A program made the translations under genes and the position numbers. Positions 12,104 to 27,062 of a stretch of 64,000 nucleotides of DNA are shown here, piece by piece. Within the stretch, counting starts at the first letter, position 1; each line of letters opens with the position of its first letter. The stretch comes from Bigelowiella natans CCMP2755 (lineage: Eukaryota > Protista > Cercozoa): NCBI GenBank assembly GCA_000320545.1, contig ADNK01000313.1, positions 124,001-188,000 of the forward strand, given 5' to 3'. A model generated the notes under the pieces. The model was not told the DNA's origin and made no database searches. It worked only from the letters and a program-made list of their open reading frames with translations.

Positions 12104-13084
12104 CTCATCTCTTCTGCTGCTAATTCCGAGTAATTAGCTACAGCGCGTTGCACCCATACTTGCCCGCAAGGCTGAACCCGCGCTTTGTGTAATTCTTTTT
12201 TATACAAGCGCTATGCGCGCGGGTAAAACGCTGGTTCTACCATTTCAGAAGCAGCACGTACCAGAGAGTACGTACGACAAGCGCGATGATGTGGGCGGTT
12301 TCCTAACTGCGCGCGGCTCTGCCATCATTGCACTCACACATGATAAATGCAGCATCTGCGCAGCTACTAGATCATAGACACACGCACTAAAGCATTACGT
12401 TCTATATAAGTCAAGCAACACGGATTCGATTACAATTTTCCAGTAGCTATCCTAATAATGTAGTAAATCTGCAAACTGTGCGTGTGTAGTGTGGCTAGAC
12501 ATTATGGTGATGAGTATATGAATCGTATTAGCCTAAGATTGCAAAGCTAGCTACGTAACAATGCGCACGTGTACCTTCACGTGCATGCATGTACACGCAT
12601 GTATATATGGCCAGATAGCGTACGTAGCCGCGAATCGGTTGCAGGTCGATCTGCACGTACATGACGCTGATGCCGATGCGCATCGATCGCGTGGTACGTA
12701 GCCACAAATTGTATGTAGCTAGGAGATCACATAATATGTAGTAGTGTGGCATGCCACGCTGGCTAGCTGGATGCGTATGTCGTTGTGAGCCTGGCAGTAC
12801 TTGTTCTTACAGCCATGCTGCTCTGTCGTCGGAACGATACTTGCGGTGCAATTGCCGTAGGAATTTTACATAAGCATGTAAAACTAGTTGATGGACCACT
12901 CATAGTCCCGGAAATAAAATCACAATTATGAGTGATTAATTTGTTGTGCTTTTAAGGCTACGCACATCGACGACGAAAGGATTGTGAGGAGCGAATAAAT
13001 CATAAATTATAGGGGTATGAGAGAATTAATATGGTTCTTGCAGCCTTTTCAACTAAGGAATGCCTACCGAGACTCATACTGATA

Positions 13085-14163
13085 TCAATCAGGTGCGGCT
13101 GGCTTGGCTGCTCTAATTTTCGACTCACGAGGGCCTGATACGGCCTTCGTACGCACCTTTCTACGTTGCTTGGCGATGGCACCTTTTCTTTGTAAGGGCT
13201 CTTTCTCCCCGAAGGAGCTTTTACCAGCAAATTTACCATGGGAACTAGGGATAGCCTTCACATCTTGCATAGCCTCGTTCGGAAGATGGGGCGTCGGATT
13301 CTTGTCGTCCAAGTTTCTGTCTCTTTGTTTTCCCCTGCTGCTGCTCTCAGCAGGTTGTGATGACGACGACGCGACAGCCATAGGGTTACTACTACTTTTA
13401 CCACCTACTCCTTCATTCGCGCCCTCACCATCACTGGCCACAACCTTATCCGAAATTGGAACAGCACCCGTGGATTTGAGAGTCCGGTGCGTATCATTTC
13501 TCTTCCTCGCCATTTGCGACGTAGATTGCTTATCAAGCGACACCTTGCGTCCGCTCACACGACCTGCCTTGCTCGCTGCCTTCATCTCGCTGGCAGTAGG
13601 AGCTGTAGTAGTTGGGGTACTACGACTAGGTGTACTTGATGATGAAGAGGAGGAAACAGGAGGGAGCGGAGTATGCACTTGTCTTGGTGTCTTTTGTTGG
13701 CTACGTAGCGCCGGAAGTTGTGAATTTCTACGCATGTTGTTCTTCTTTGATACTTTTGGTTGTCTCTGCCCCTGAGTGCCTGCTTCAGCGATTTGATTAT
13801 CATCCTGGCATCTCTGTGTTGCAAGAATGTTCTGTTCTTCCACGGTATCCTTCGCATCCTTCGGCGCTGATTCTTGTGATGCTGTGTTTCTAACCACTCC
13901 ATCAACGACGTCCTTTTTGTTGCCACTTGTTTTTTTGCCACCGCGCCCGTTTTTTTGTTCTTTTCCTTTTACTTTTGTGCCCCGTCTCTTTGAACTAGTG
14001 CCGCTGCCACCTCTGCTACCTCTGGCGCCACCACTTGTGTCATCGTCGTCAGGATCCTTTCTCTTGTTATTGTTTGTGTTGTTATCGTTATCGTTGTGGC
14101 AGTCCGCATTTTTATACTTTTTCCTTTCTTTTTGGCCCTTCGTCGCCGAATCCTAATATACAT

Positions 14164-14206
<43 letters not shown>

Positions 14207-17200
14207 TGTTAGTGTGTGGAGAAATATTGTCTTTTATTCACTTCTGAAAGATTAAATGGCCGTTTCCTCATTTTGAATGAAATTCGTGTTCGCGTACACG
14301 CATTCCCACAAAGCTGGAAAAATGTTGTACATCACTATTGTGTTCTGCATCATAATAATCATCATCCTTCGCTACTTATTCTAGGTTTTGTTTCTGTATT
14401 TTTTGATACCTCCAGCGACTTTTCTTCTTTGTTGATGTCATTTCCGGCATGAACTTTCGAGGTTGGCAGATTGGTTGGATGTTGCTCGGAGTGGTTTGAT
14501 GTATGACTAACGCTTTTTTGCTTCCCTCCCATCGGTGTCGTATCGGAAGATGGAAACAGCTTGGAATCAAAATCAAACCTGCGGCCTTCATCTTCCCGCG
14601 CCTTTCTTTTTTGAGCTCTTCGCCGTCGGAACCATCGTTGCAACCTAATAGCCGCGAAGTAATGATCTATGCAGAATTGTGCGAACTTCATCGAATTCAA
14701 TTCTGGATAAGAGCGGAAAATCTGTAGTCGGACTAGACGTAGTACAGGATTTTTCGGTGGGATCTCTTTGAAAATACCCGAAGGAAAGATTGCGAGGAAC
14801 TGCTCCTCGCACAATGAATGTAGAACGTCGAGGTAGTGGCATTCCCTCTTGCTATTCGTAGGGATGCCCAAAGTTCTTGCTTTCTTACCAAGAGGAAGTT
14901 GCAACCCTCCCTCGAGCGTGTTGACAAAATGCATAACCTTGACGGTTGAGACAAACCTTCTTTCCCCAAAACTCTTCTTCCATTTATCTGCAAAAGCTTC
15001 AATCCCCTCGCGTTTGACCGGGGAAAGTTCCCATTGGCGGTCATTACTGTCCTCCTCCTCGTAATTTTTGACGATGACGGCAACAAGGATGTTAACCATA
15101 AACCACGCGGAGATTGCGACATATAATAAAAAATAGGGAATTGCAGCATATGTGCCGCAGTTCTCTCCAGCGGTGCACTCGGGAGGCTGAACCATTGCAT
15201 CGTACATGATGCCATTCCAGGACTCGCCCGTCATCATTCTCACTAAGGTTGTGAAAGCGTTGAAAAAGTTCTCGAAGTTTGCATGATGATTGAGAAAGTT
15301 CCCATGCTTTACGAGCCCGAATAATGATACGCCAGCGACAGCGAAGATGAATGTAATAAGGAACAAAATCAAAAGGATGTTTGACAGTGCCGAGAATGAC
15401 CATAAAAGAGTCGTGATCATTCTCTTTAAACCCTCAGCCTTGATGAGCAAACGAAAAACCCTGAGGACGCGGAACACGCGGAACACAACGGGATCTATCC
15501 CAGATGCGAAAACGCTTACCATGCGTAGGACGAAAGTCACGAGCGATACGGCAACAATCGTGAAATCGAACAGATTGAACGAAGATTTAAAATACTCTGT
15601 AATCCCAAGCCCAAACCACTTGACAAAGACCTCAAGCAAGAATATAAACGCAAAGACGTCGTTGATAACGCTGAGGGCTTCAGTGTACCCACTTGGCTCA
15701 CCGTGGAAACTCATGCACATCACCAGAACGTTCAGCAGTATCATCGAAGTAATTACGTATTCAAACTCCGGTCTATTCACGATGGCAAAAACGTATGCAC
15801 GGGATTGAGCAGCCCAGTCCGGGTTCTGAGGAGGCTGTATTATTCGAACCTGGAAAAAACACATATAAAAAACAGAACGGTGAATATGTTGCATTTCACC
15901 ATCCCTGCGAAATTGAATACGACAGCAAATTTTCCTAAATTCTAGCGTGGCCCTTCCAAATCACATGGAAATCTTTTAAGGCTACTCCTTATGGTACGCA
16001 CAATTCCAGCTGGATTGAAGTCTACCTACCTACCTATCGTTTTTTTGGCTGACTCTATTCAGTTATTATTATTTGTAATTTTTTTTCTCCCGAGTATGGT
16101 ATTGTCTGCATCATTGTACCGGCGGTCTGAAGACGATTTCTCTGTAAACTTTCATCCACAAACTCTGTGTACGATTGAGTCCGCCCCCCGTCTCTTTGGC
16201 GTACTGCAGATAGTAGCCATCGACCACGACTGAAATTACCAGGGATATTACCAGAAAGGACCCCACGATGAAGAAACCGACGAAGTAAAGAGCACCCGGT
16301 GCACCATTTGCATTTCGCTTCGGCGCTTCCCCTGCTGGTGTTGCATCCATGGTTTGGTACATACGGTCTGGCCACATCTCCACACTCGCAACCTCGACTA
16401 AGAGGAGCAATGCAGAAGCAATGTTGTCGAAGTTGCCAACGTTTTCGTTCTTCCATCGGTGGCCTTTTAGAAATCAGGCAATGAGATATATGAGTGAATA
16501 CGCGAGAAATGTATCTCGTCAATCAATCCGACCATCGAAACCCCCCATTCGACCCAGGGTCCGCAATGGTCGACAATGTGCAGGGGGGGGGATATTGTAG
16601 CAGAAGCAACAAAACACACTTGAAAGAAAGCAATCTACCAACACTTCTATTCCACTAGATTCACCTGCAAGTCCCTTCGCACTATAACTTCCACCACTTA
16701 CTTCCACTTCTACTATTTGCACCACCGCCACTTTTACAACTACTACCAGTACTATTACCTAATGCCAAGCACTCCCCCTCATCGTACTGCGCAAAGACTT
16801 GTCCAGAGCTGCTGATACACTTCCGAAGCATCCCTTGGAAGCTTTGCACTCCAATAACACCGAAAATCAGGAAGATGACGAGCATAACCATAGCTATGTT
16901 CCCGAGCATCGGTAGCGTGGCTGTAATAGATCGAACCACGATTCGCATGTTTGGAGAGTGCGTGATCGTTCGCATCGCCCTCAAGGCTCGCAGGGCTCGA
17001 AAACCCTTGAACCACCGGAACCCTTGCAGGAAGATGTTTAGTATAGAAATGAGGACAACCCCGGCATCGATCTGATTCCAAGGATCTCGCAGGTACGCAT
17101 TCTCGCTTGCGTACGCCCCAAACGCGACCATGTGGCTCAGGGTTTCGAGTGAGAAGACTGCGGTCACACCGATGTCGGAGTAGTACAAAAACTTCCCCAC

Positions 17201-20200
17201 TTTTGAGTTACTATCTATCGTCGGATTGTCGATGGCCAAGCACACACAGGCGTATATGATGACAAAGTATATGACCCGGTTGAAGTATGGGTGCTCGCAA
17301 ACCCACAGCAGTGTCTCCCGCGTCTTGCTGTTGGGCCCAAAACAACACATAGAGCGCCCGGTGACATTCACGATGATTTCACCGCCGCGGAAGAAAATAG
17401 AGCGCTGCGACCCTACATAAAAATAAAAACACAAAATACGGCAGCCTCAGTACCATATTCCCAGCGAAACCAAGGACCAATGAGATTAGTTGCAGGAAAC
17501 GATGTGTCTAACAACCGTATTCGCGGTGTCCGACGATGGCTGTCGACATGGCTCTCCCTGAGGCCATATTGATGTCTATTTTCTTGTTCATCGTATCGTC
17601 GTCGTTAATTTCTCGGCTCGTGATTTTCAACGTCCTAATCATAGTGCATAAGAGGGGAGAGATGCGGTAAGAGGAGAAAGAGAGAGTTTGTGTGTTTGGT
17701 GAAATTGCTACTTGATGACTAGTCAGTTATCCTGTGCACCACATACTGAGTCTCTACCAAATTGTCGGCATCTGGCATTCAGTTTGCTGATGGTATTGCT
17801 TAAACTACGGCTACCTGGCAGGTGGATCCGGTACGCACCTGCCGAGCGTACATGTTATCTTGTCCGCCTCTTCCTGCCTCTGTGAATTTTCGAAGAGGAT
17901 CTTCTTTGTTTCTGAGTCTAGAATCTGGCGTTTTAATGATGTGCTTCTTGGAGGTTCATTCGTAAAATTGTTCTGAAGCAGAAGCTTCGACGAGTCGTCC
18001 TGTGTCTTCAGTAGAGGCCGCCTGTCACCGGGTGAATTGAGAGTGGCAACTTTAGACCCAGGCGACATCGGGGCGTTGGACGAAATCTCTCTTCCAATCG
18101 ACGGTGATTGAGGTTGAAACTGCTTCTGTTTCAAGTCCTTCTCTATTTCAGGCAGAGCTTTCGATTCAACGCCACCGCCACCACCACCATTCTTGGCTTT
18201 AAAAGTGCTCAACTCGTAATGCCTATTTGACTCCTTCTTTCGAAAAATGCGAAAAAGATAAAATCAAGACCAATAGATACAAATGTGCATTGTATATTTC
18301 GACACAGGCACGCGCGCGCGCACTTAAACACACGTATATTACATTAGATATAATTGTGAAAACTGAACACGAAAGATTCTACACTTCACACCCACACTTA
18401 CAAGTTTCTCGCACTATTCCATACCTGGCTGTCTCCTATAATTTGATCATCATCATCAGCCAGTGGTGCTATCCTCCGCGCGTCGGAGAAACGACAACAC
18501 AGCGCCGCAACTACCAAGTCTGCTAAACTTGATGAGCCTGGGTCCATATTGTACCTGTTGTCGTTGTTGTTGTTTTTGAAATACTTTCGGTCATGTGCGA
18601 GATGATTCTACAGCTTTCAAGATGAGTATTTTCAGATGTAGGTTATTTCTGCAACCTCAATTTCAATCTTAAAGATCTAGTACATGTAAAGACCTGATCC
18701 CACTCCCCCCCTTCCCTCTGTTTATGTCTGCTATCAAATAAGTACTCTTCATCGACGATGTTGAAGTTGGCCAAGATGATCGCGAGGAAAAGGGACATTA
18801 AGATTAACCCAAACGCATATAGAGAGATGAAATAAATCACAGCCCACCAGCCCGTCGCGCGAATACCTTGTTAAATTAAATGCTAGCGTGGGCTTTTGTT
18901 TCGTTGTAAGTGTAGATGATGCGTTCGAGTTGCACGTATACATGCACGCAATATACATAGGATAAAGTGAAGCTTACCAGTGTACATCAATTCGTTCCAA
19001 TTTTCGCCCGTGACAACTTGAAACACAGCCAATAGTGCCATCCCTGCAATAAATGACCAGGGGTTGGTTGTCGACAGATTCATGTACAAAAACATGGGAG
19101 ATTGCAGGCTAATGTGAACCAAGAACACGAAACGACGTAGAAATTCGATGCGAGTTAAATGCCAATAGTACTTTAACAGTTTCACAGTGTGCAGCAAGTA
19201 CCAATATTATTGAAGTTTGGCCGGTTGTCCTCCACGTCGTCAAAATCAAAACGATTTCTGAAGAGCTGGAGGCCCAGGATTACGTACACGAACATAAATA
19301 AGGCCAATATGAGCATGAAATAGCCGATTTCTCTCAGGGACGTGAACAAAGCCTTGACGATATTTTGCAATCCCTTCCAGTTCCTCAGCAATTTGAATAT
19401 ACGAATCACCCGGAAACTTCGGAGGGTTGACAACCTAAGAAATTGGCCGAGTTTCATACTGTACAAACAAGGGAGCATATCTTGAGTACATAATAAATTT
19501 GAAAGCCTCCACGCTGAACATTTTGGAGAGCTTACTATAGGCATTACCCGCCAGTGCTGTCGGTCAATATCATCTCCAGTACAGAGAAGAATACGACGCA
19601 TGCGTCGAAAACGTTCATTCCATCCTGTACGTAGCCGTGAAATCCTAGACCTATTAGCTTCAGAATGAGCTCGACACCTGTTTAAATATTGTCACCGCAG
19701 TTGCTGTTACTCTCTTATTTGGCCACTTCGAGATGGTTTGGCATAGATTGAAACAGCGTATTTGCTTACAGAAGATGGCTGTGATGGTTGAGTTGAGAAT
19801 GAACAAAGCTTCCGTTAGCGAGTCTGGTTGGTCATAGTGCTCTATGCACAGAACGATAAGGTTTAATATAATTGCAATAATGATCCAGCCCTGGAAACCG
19901 TTCGACTGCACGTAGTAATATATTTCCCGTCGATACCTATTTGGGATGTGTGTGTGTCAATAGAGACCTGCAACTATGTTAGCTATTATTAAAAAAGCCC
20001 TATCGATATAGCAACTTTCGAACAGCTTTCGCCGATTTGTGCTCAAAATGCCCCCTCCCCCTCTTGCCCGTCCTGCATAACTTTCCTCTCACTTAAGTTG
20101 TGTGATTGACTCACTTGTTTTCGGGTGGTTTCGTCTTTATTTCGATGTAGCCGACATCTTTTACGTCGTCGCGTATCAGAGTCGGCGGAGGATCTAGTGT

Positions 20201-22206
20201 CAAATCGAGCTTGCTCTGCATCCCATTCTGGGCGCGGGCCATGAACGTTTGTGTCTCGAAGACTGCTGACTTCGTGGAGTCGAACTTAATGAAGACGACA
20301 GCCAGAACCAGTTTAAAAACGAATAAACCAACAACAATGACCAAAATGATGAAAAATAGACGCGCTAGGTAGAGCGAGAAGGCGTCTGAGGCGTCATACA
20401 TCACGTCCGACCACCCTTCCAACGTTGATGCCGTGAGAGTATTCAGCAGTGAGATCAAGATGTTGTCGAAAGAAACGATGTTGTGTTGAGGGTTTCGTCC
20501 TGAGTCTTTGCAGAACTCATCCGCAGAGCACAAGTGAGCACCCAGGCCTCTCTCCATACCACATAAACGGAACGAAGAATCCGTTTCCTCCGTCGTTGTC
20601 AAATGACACCGATTCCTGAACGTGCCGCTGAACAATTGTGTGCCCAGGATCCCAAAGACAACCAAGAAGAACGAGTATACTGGGAAAATAATTTCAAAGA
20701 GACAACGAATAAGAATAGCTAAAAGAAAGCATAACATGTAAATGGAGTGCTGAAGAATCGCATCTCCACAAAGAAATTTGGCATTTTTTTTTCAGAATAA
20801 TCCCGTTAGATATTGGCCAATTACCCGCGAGCACATCTAGAAGTCCCGGCATTGATGCTAATAAGGCTGTAACCAAAATCCGAAGGCCTTCTATTGACTT
20901 GATCGCGCGCAGAGGTTTAAGTACACGAAATGCACGAATCGCTGTCAAGTTGTTCAACCCAAATGCGAGAGATATATACGACATAAGTAGCACGAAGAAA
21001 TCCAGCTTGTTGAAGGTATCTTTAAGATAAGAAAGCTCTCCGCAACATATGAACCTGATTGCGGGGTCAAAATATTTTCTGAGGGTTACTGGAACTACTT
21101 GTGATTTGCATTGGACACTTTTGTCCACTAGCAACGTACACTTAATGCCCCCCCCCCCCCCGGCGAATGCGTGTTGGTGTGTGCAGGTTCAGGCATTTTT
21201 TGATCTCAATGATGGATGATCGAGACATGGGATGTTGAGCAACCCACCCTCTTGATATGATCCTGACCACAGCCTCTATACTAAATGCAGCTGTGAAGAC
21301 CCATTCCGTGACATAGAGCATGTCCTTCAGTATCACAGATTTATGACCGTCAGTAAGTATTTTTCGTTCGCATTTTTAAGATTTTAAGATAGGCATATTC
21401 CACACACACAAACACACACACACACACGCACGCACATATTCTTGTATGGGGCTCACACTAATGTATCGTAAATGTAAAATCATACTATATATTCTACGTG
21501 AGGGGGGGGGGGACGGAAGATGTATTGTGATATAGACCGCTTCTAATCATTCAGATGCATGTTATACGTTGTGCTAAAATTATTATTTGAAATGGTAAGC
21601 GCAACTTCCACCACCTGCATAGTCTCTCCATCATCTATGGCCAAAAACACGCAATTTGCGAGAATGAGAGTGAAGATAATTATGTTAAAGGCTTGATGCG
21701 TTTCTATCCGTATCATCAAGGCTCGAAAAGGATGGTCAACCTATGTGCCAAATAGTTGGATATTCGACGAATAATCAAATCCGATAATTCACAAATTGTT
21801 GAGGGTTTGCATGACGATGTTTCTACGACGAACCACTTATTTGTATTTGTTTTGCATTTCGATGCGTGTGGTAGCTACCGCGAATAAATAGAGAGCTTTT
21901 CCCTCCCTTCTTGCCAAGAGGTGTGCTATGGATTGTTTCCTCAAGGAACTCATGTTAGGATCGAGCCTGAGGATTTCAATTTATAAATAATTGTGCTTAA
22001 ATGACAAAACGTATAGAGCAGTATCAATTACCCATGCAGTCCTTTTTTACTCTTAACAGCCTTTTCCAATCTCTCGAACTCTGCGTTGGCTATTTCAGTC
22101 TACGCATCAAAACAAGGAACACAACACCCGGATTTAGTAGTTTTTCCCAGCAAAATTGCAGAGGGAGATTCAAGGGTAGGGAGGGAATCAAATCGGAGGA
22201 GTGAAA

Positions 22207-22243
<37 letters not shown>

Positions 22244-22288
22244 CGAGAGAGAGAGAGAGAGAGAAATAGAAATAGAAAGAGTGAGAGT

Positions 22289-22350
<62 letters not shown>

Positions 22351-22855
22351 AGGGGGCAGAGGGGTTCCAGTCAACAACATTGACCATGTGTTACCCTGTT
22401 CATGCCGACTCTAACATTTTCAGACGTTCCATCTAATCTCTCCTGAGAAAAATCACCAAACTGCTATGATGTCGCTGTTCGATACCTTGCCAGACATACG
22501 CTTAATTCTTACCTGAGACGGCTGGTTTACTCGATGGCTAGATGTCAAATCTTCTATATGCGGAACGTCGTGGGAGTCAGTTTTGCCTTCTGGTCTTCCA
22601 ACTTCGAAAACTCCTATTTTCTGCTTTGAGTCGGCGGCGCCTGAAAGCAGATGAGGTATGAATTCGTGGAAAAGTGCAGCCAGATTGTTTCTAATACCCT
22701 ATAATTTATAGCCAATCTCATAATGCTAGTTAGAAAGTTAGGCTTTGGGGTGAGGAATTCATTCCTTTGTTCTTACCAGGCAACCGCACAACGCTCTTCT
22801 TCCCGACTATGTGTTTTTCGTCCGGATTGGTCAGAGGCATTATCTTACTCATCAT
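13085..22855 (-). CDS. Four-domain voltage-gated cation channel alpha subunit, Cav-type (EEEE filter), multi-exon
   Basis: Four S4 helices (AIRAFRVLKPLRAIK; TLRSFRVIRIFKLLR; GFRALRALRAMRTI; VFRVFRVLRVFRLL), four pore loops (TLEGW, TGENW, SVEMW, TGESW) and an IQ-like motif AAIRLQRWFRR. The low-complexity last exon 13085-14152 joins via phase-0 intron 14153-14409; if unspliced the ORF stops at 14362. The 5' end is approximate. Confidence 0.93.
22210..22344. repeat. Intronic compound microsatellite (TA)n/(GA)n
   Basis: Read directly; representative of dozens of di- and trinucleotide tracts in introns of this window. Confidence 0.9.
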
Positions 22856-23712
22856 ATCTAATGTCATTATGAGCATATTTTTCTCTTAAATCAAGATAAT
22901 GGTCCCCACAATCAACAAAAGAATCAGCTGACCTGAATGTGCAGGCTTCCACAAAAAATTCACCTTCTGGTGCGAGGAATAACGATCTTTTCTGCCCCTA
23001 ATCTCATGACGTGGCAGCTTAATATATTTCCTTCAAGTATTATCCGTATTCCCCTTGAAAACGGATACCTGGCAAATTTTAGCCAGGTATCCAGTATCGA
23101 TGCGAAACAGACGGAAGGGGGGGATAATAAAGTCAACGAGAAATTAGTTGATAAGTCAAAAAACGGTGGGCATTACTATATGTATTTTCCCTCTAAAGCA
23201 AGTCGCACGATAAAAATGGACCCATTCTGTTTTTCAGTTACAGAGAAAGTCGGAGAGCCGAAATAAGAAAACATTGCCAAAGCGTTTGTCGCATGCGTGT
23301 TAACGGCAGATATCTCTCGTCTCGGTACAGGCCTGTATACAGATTGATGCCACTGGACGAGAAACGAGAGTCCAAATCACCAGCTAGATCTAATCTATTT
23401 GTGGATTTCCTGGATTTTCATGATGGATTTTATTGACTTACCGAGGGGAAAAGAGGGGTAATGCAAGGTGATTCCACGAATTCATAACAAAAAAGGGCCT
23501 CCCTCCCCGTTTGAAAAAAGACCTGAGTTCCAGCTTGGTGGATTTCGAAAAAACAGGTATTTTACATGTTGATTAAAGGCAAATTTGTACTTTCTCGAGG
23601 AAAACCGGTTTTAGATGGGACTGACGACACTTGTCGCACACGAGCGCCAGAACAAGATTGTCGGAAGATCGACCCAGCTCCAAAGGCCAACCCACACAGC
23701 GTCGCCGCGCGG

Positions 23713-24317
23713 ATGGCGGTTCCGTTCCCGTCCTACCTGCCGTTCAATCTATTTGTCTTCATGATGATGGGAGGCTTCATCAGAATGGATGACGATCACA
23801 GAATGAACAGGAGATTCGAAAAGGGTACTCGACCTGCCAATCAGGCGGTGCCGCTCTGATGGAATCGTTTGTTTTTGAGCAGAAGGAAATAATCTGGCGC
23901 TTTCGCGGATAGGATTAAATTACCTCATTCCTTCCAGGCACGAACATTCGATCTTTTCGAATCATCAGTCCAATAATAGCCGATGCCCTCATCTAATGAG
24001 TATTACTGCGCAGGCACACTACTCCCAGGCAAACTCCGAAAGGTGCTCATACGACATGTGGGTATGGTGGGAAGATTATTTTATTTGAACATTCTTCGTG
24101 GATACCGTCTTCTATCTTGATGAATTATGTTGTATAGAAAGGTAAGTTACTAGCACGTCTACTGCTGCTACCTCAAGTTAAGTGTTCATAAAATACAGCT
24201 TCCCCTTCGGTGTCGAGCACCACCTCGCCAAGTCGTTCTACAAGCACATCGCGTTTTCGCTCTCCCTATCCTCCGTCGCGGTGGATAAAGCGCGCGACCC
24301 ATACACTTGCAACGAAG

Positions 24318-24358
<41 letters not shown>

Positions 24359-24643
24359 GTCTCTGTCTACTGAGCGATAATAACAAGAGAATCAGATTAT
24401 CGAAGAACAACTTCCTCGAAAAATATCATTTTAATGAATACTGCATTGGAGTATGATATTTAAAGAACACACATACACATGCGTCACACTTATTATTGAA
24501 TCGTTTGCTGAGATAATCAACCAACTATTTGCTGGAAAAATTATCGTTGATGTGTGTGGGGCTTTATTTTCCTGAGGATCGGAAATTTGTGGATCGTTTT
24601 AAAATATAAATAACATAATATAATCTATTGTGTGTAAGTGTGT

Positions 24644-24687
<44 letters not shown>

Positions 24688-26502
24688 TATTTTGCAATCG
24701 ATGAGGTACCAAACTGGAATCCTGCTTCCCGTGAAGACGCAGAGAGGGCAGAGAGAGGCCTTCTTGACCTTTCAAAAGTGCTAGTATTCATAAATCCAAT
24801 AAAATGAACTCCCAGCACTCCCGCACTATGAACGTATCATGATCATGGTCGATCATGGTGGTGTATTTATTCAATTATTATGCTTAGGCTGATGTCAATG
24901 TTTACGATGTACCAATTGGCAACGGTCGCTCCCTTCATACAGCGGAAGGTGCTTCAGATGGTCGATCGACGAAGAGGAGGGGGGGGGGGGGGGGTAATGA
25001 ATGATGATAGGTAGCATGTTAGCAAGGACGTTACTGCTTGGTAGCAATGGTCACAGCTACGCTGCCTTCAACCTTTTCTATGTTGCAGTGGCGAGAATAA
25101 AACAATTCCTCATGTGTAGGAGGCCGCAACCATTCGACAGTTTTGGTGTGCACGGCAGGGTAAGAAAGCGTTCTTCGCACACCCAACATCAGCATCATCA
25201 TAACCAATAGTCACCAACCCCGCTGTCACACCTGCATGGAAGTGGGATTACAGCTTCGCGAGCCCAATCGTTCATAGTAGTAGTCGTAGCAACCGCACTT
25301 TTCTCCGTGCATGATGGCTCATCGTTTGTGGATGGCAGCTATGGCGCTGGCCTGGGGTTTTTCTTCAGGAACTACAAAAGCCTCACATCGAAGTACGTAC
25401 CGCCAATATTAGTGGAGGTGTGATGGTGACTCTGGTGCTGGTGATGATATCTCAAGTAGAAGTTTGAGAGTAGTAGTTTCTCCAGCCGCAAATGGCCGAC
25501 AATAGTTATTTGCGTGTGGTGAAAGAGGTGAGCTGCTGTCAGTCAACCCATCAAGCAATTACTCAATGAATCAATGATCGTTAGATATCACGTTTATGCT
25601 GTCGACCTGCTCGGATGGGGCCTGAGCTCACGCCCTCCTTGGCCTAGAAGTATGAGCACTAATACACACAGAGAGGGGAGTGGACATGTATGCAAGCAGC
25701 CGATGAATGTATACCACCACATCATCATCACCGGATCATCATCCACCATCATTTCTCTTTAGATCACACAAGTGTCGAGGACGCTGAGCGCTTCTTCACT
25801 GAGAGTCTTGAGAAATGGCGGCAAGCGATAGGTAATAGTAGTGATAGTAGTGGCAGTTGGTGGTAGTAGCGGCCCTGTGTATGTCACCCCCCCTCCTCCT
25901 CTTCCTCCCGTGCTGCTTTGAAATAAAATCGGAAGAGGCGAAAGTAACCTAATGGGTGTTAGGAAGCCACCGCGCCTGCGCCTCCGTATTTGCGTTTGCA
26001 TTTGTGCATGTATCTGTGTATATTCATGTTGTTTGTTTGTTACCCTTCTCTTTCTCACTCTTCTCCTTCTTACATACACTACGAATCCGCCACAACGTTC
26101 TTGGAAATTACGTTGTCATCTTCCTCCTCCTCCTCCTCCTCATTCCCAGGATTGAAAAAGCCTTTCGTATTGATGGGCCATTCGTTTGGAGGTAGGAGCA
26201 GTAGTAGTGGAAGCAATAGTAGTCGTCGTCGTCGTCCGTGGTGTGTGGTGAGGCGAGGGGTGCCATGGATATATCAAAGATGTAGCGCTAAGAATATCCT
26301 ACTACTACTACTACTACTATCATTACTACCTACTACAAATGGCTAAGCTAATGATGATGATAATAACGACAATACTCAATCTGTGATGACCGGCGGATCT
26401 TGACTTTCACAACCTCCTCCTTCCTTTGAGGACGAAGTCACTGAACAAGAGGCCAGACGACCGACCGATCGATGTTGTTCTTTTTATGTGAGTTGAATGT
26501 GG

Positions 26503-26540
<38 letters not shown>

Positions 26541-26840
26541 CCTCGCCGCATCGCCATCATCGTTGTTGCGTTCTTAGGATATCTTTGCTCTGCATACGCG
26601 CTTCGATTCCGAGAGAACTTGAAGAAGCTCATCCTCGCTGGTCCCGCGGTACGATGTGGATGATGCAGCATCCTTCCTCACGCCCTTGCTTCTGGCATGA
26701 ATCTATCTCCTAATGTGTACTCCATGTGTGCTTGTCGCGCGAGTGAATGTGTGGGGGAGGGGGGCATTTTTACATTGCTGCATATATATGCATTAGAGCA
26801 CGTTCGATAGGTACACTAGAGCGCGACGGTGTTTTCCTTT

Positions 26841-26875
<35 letters not shown>

Positions 26876-27025
26876 TGTCATCATCATCATCACCTTAAAG
26901 CAAGCTACCGTGTAGAGACGTGTTATCGTATAATAATTGTTGCATTGATTCATCAGGGATTCAACCCCAGGCCGACCAAGTTCTTTGCTTCTATCCCGGT
27001 ACTCATCCTCCTCATACTACTACTG

Positions 27026-27062
<37 letters not shown>

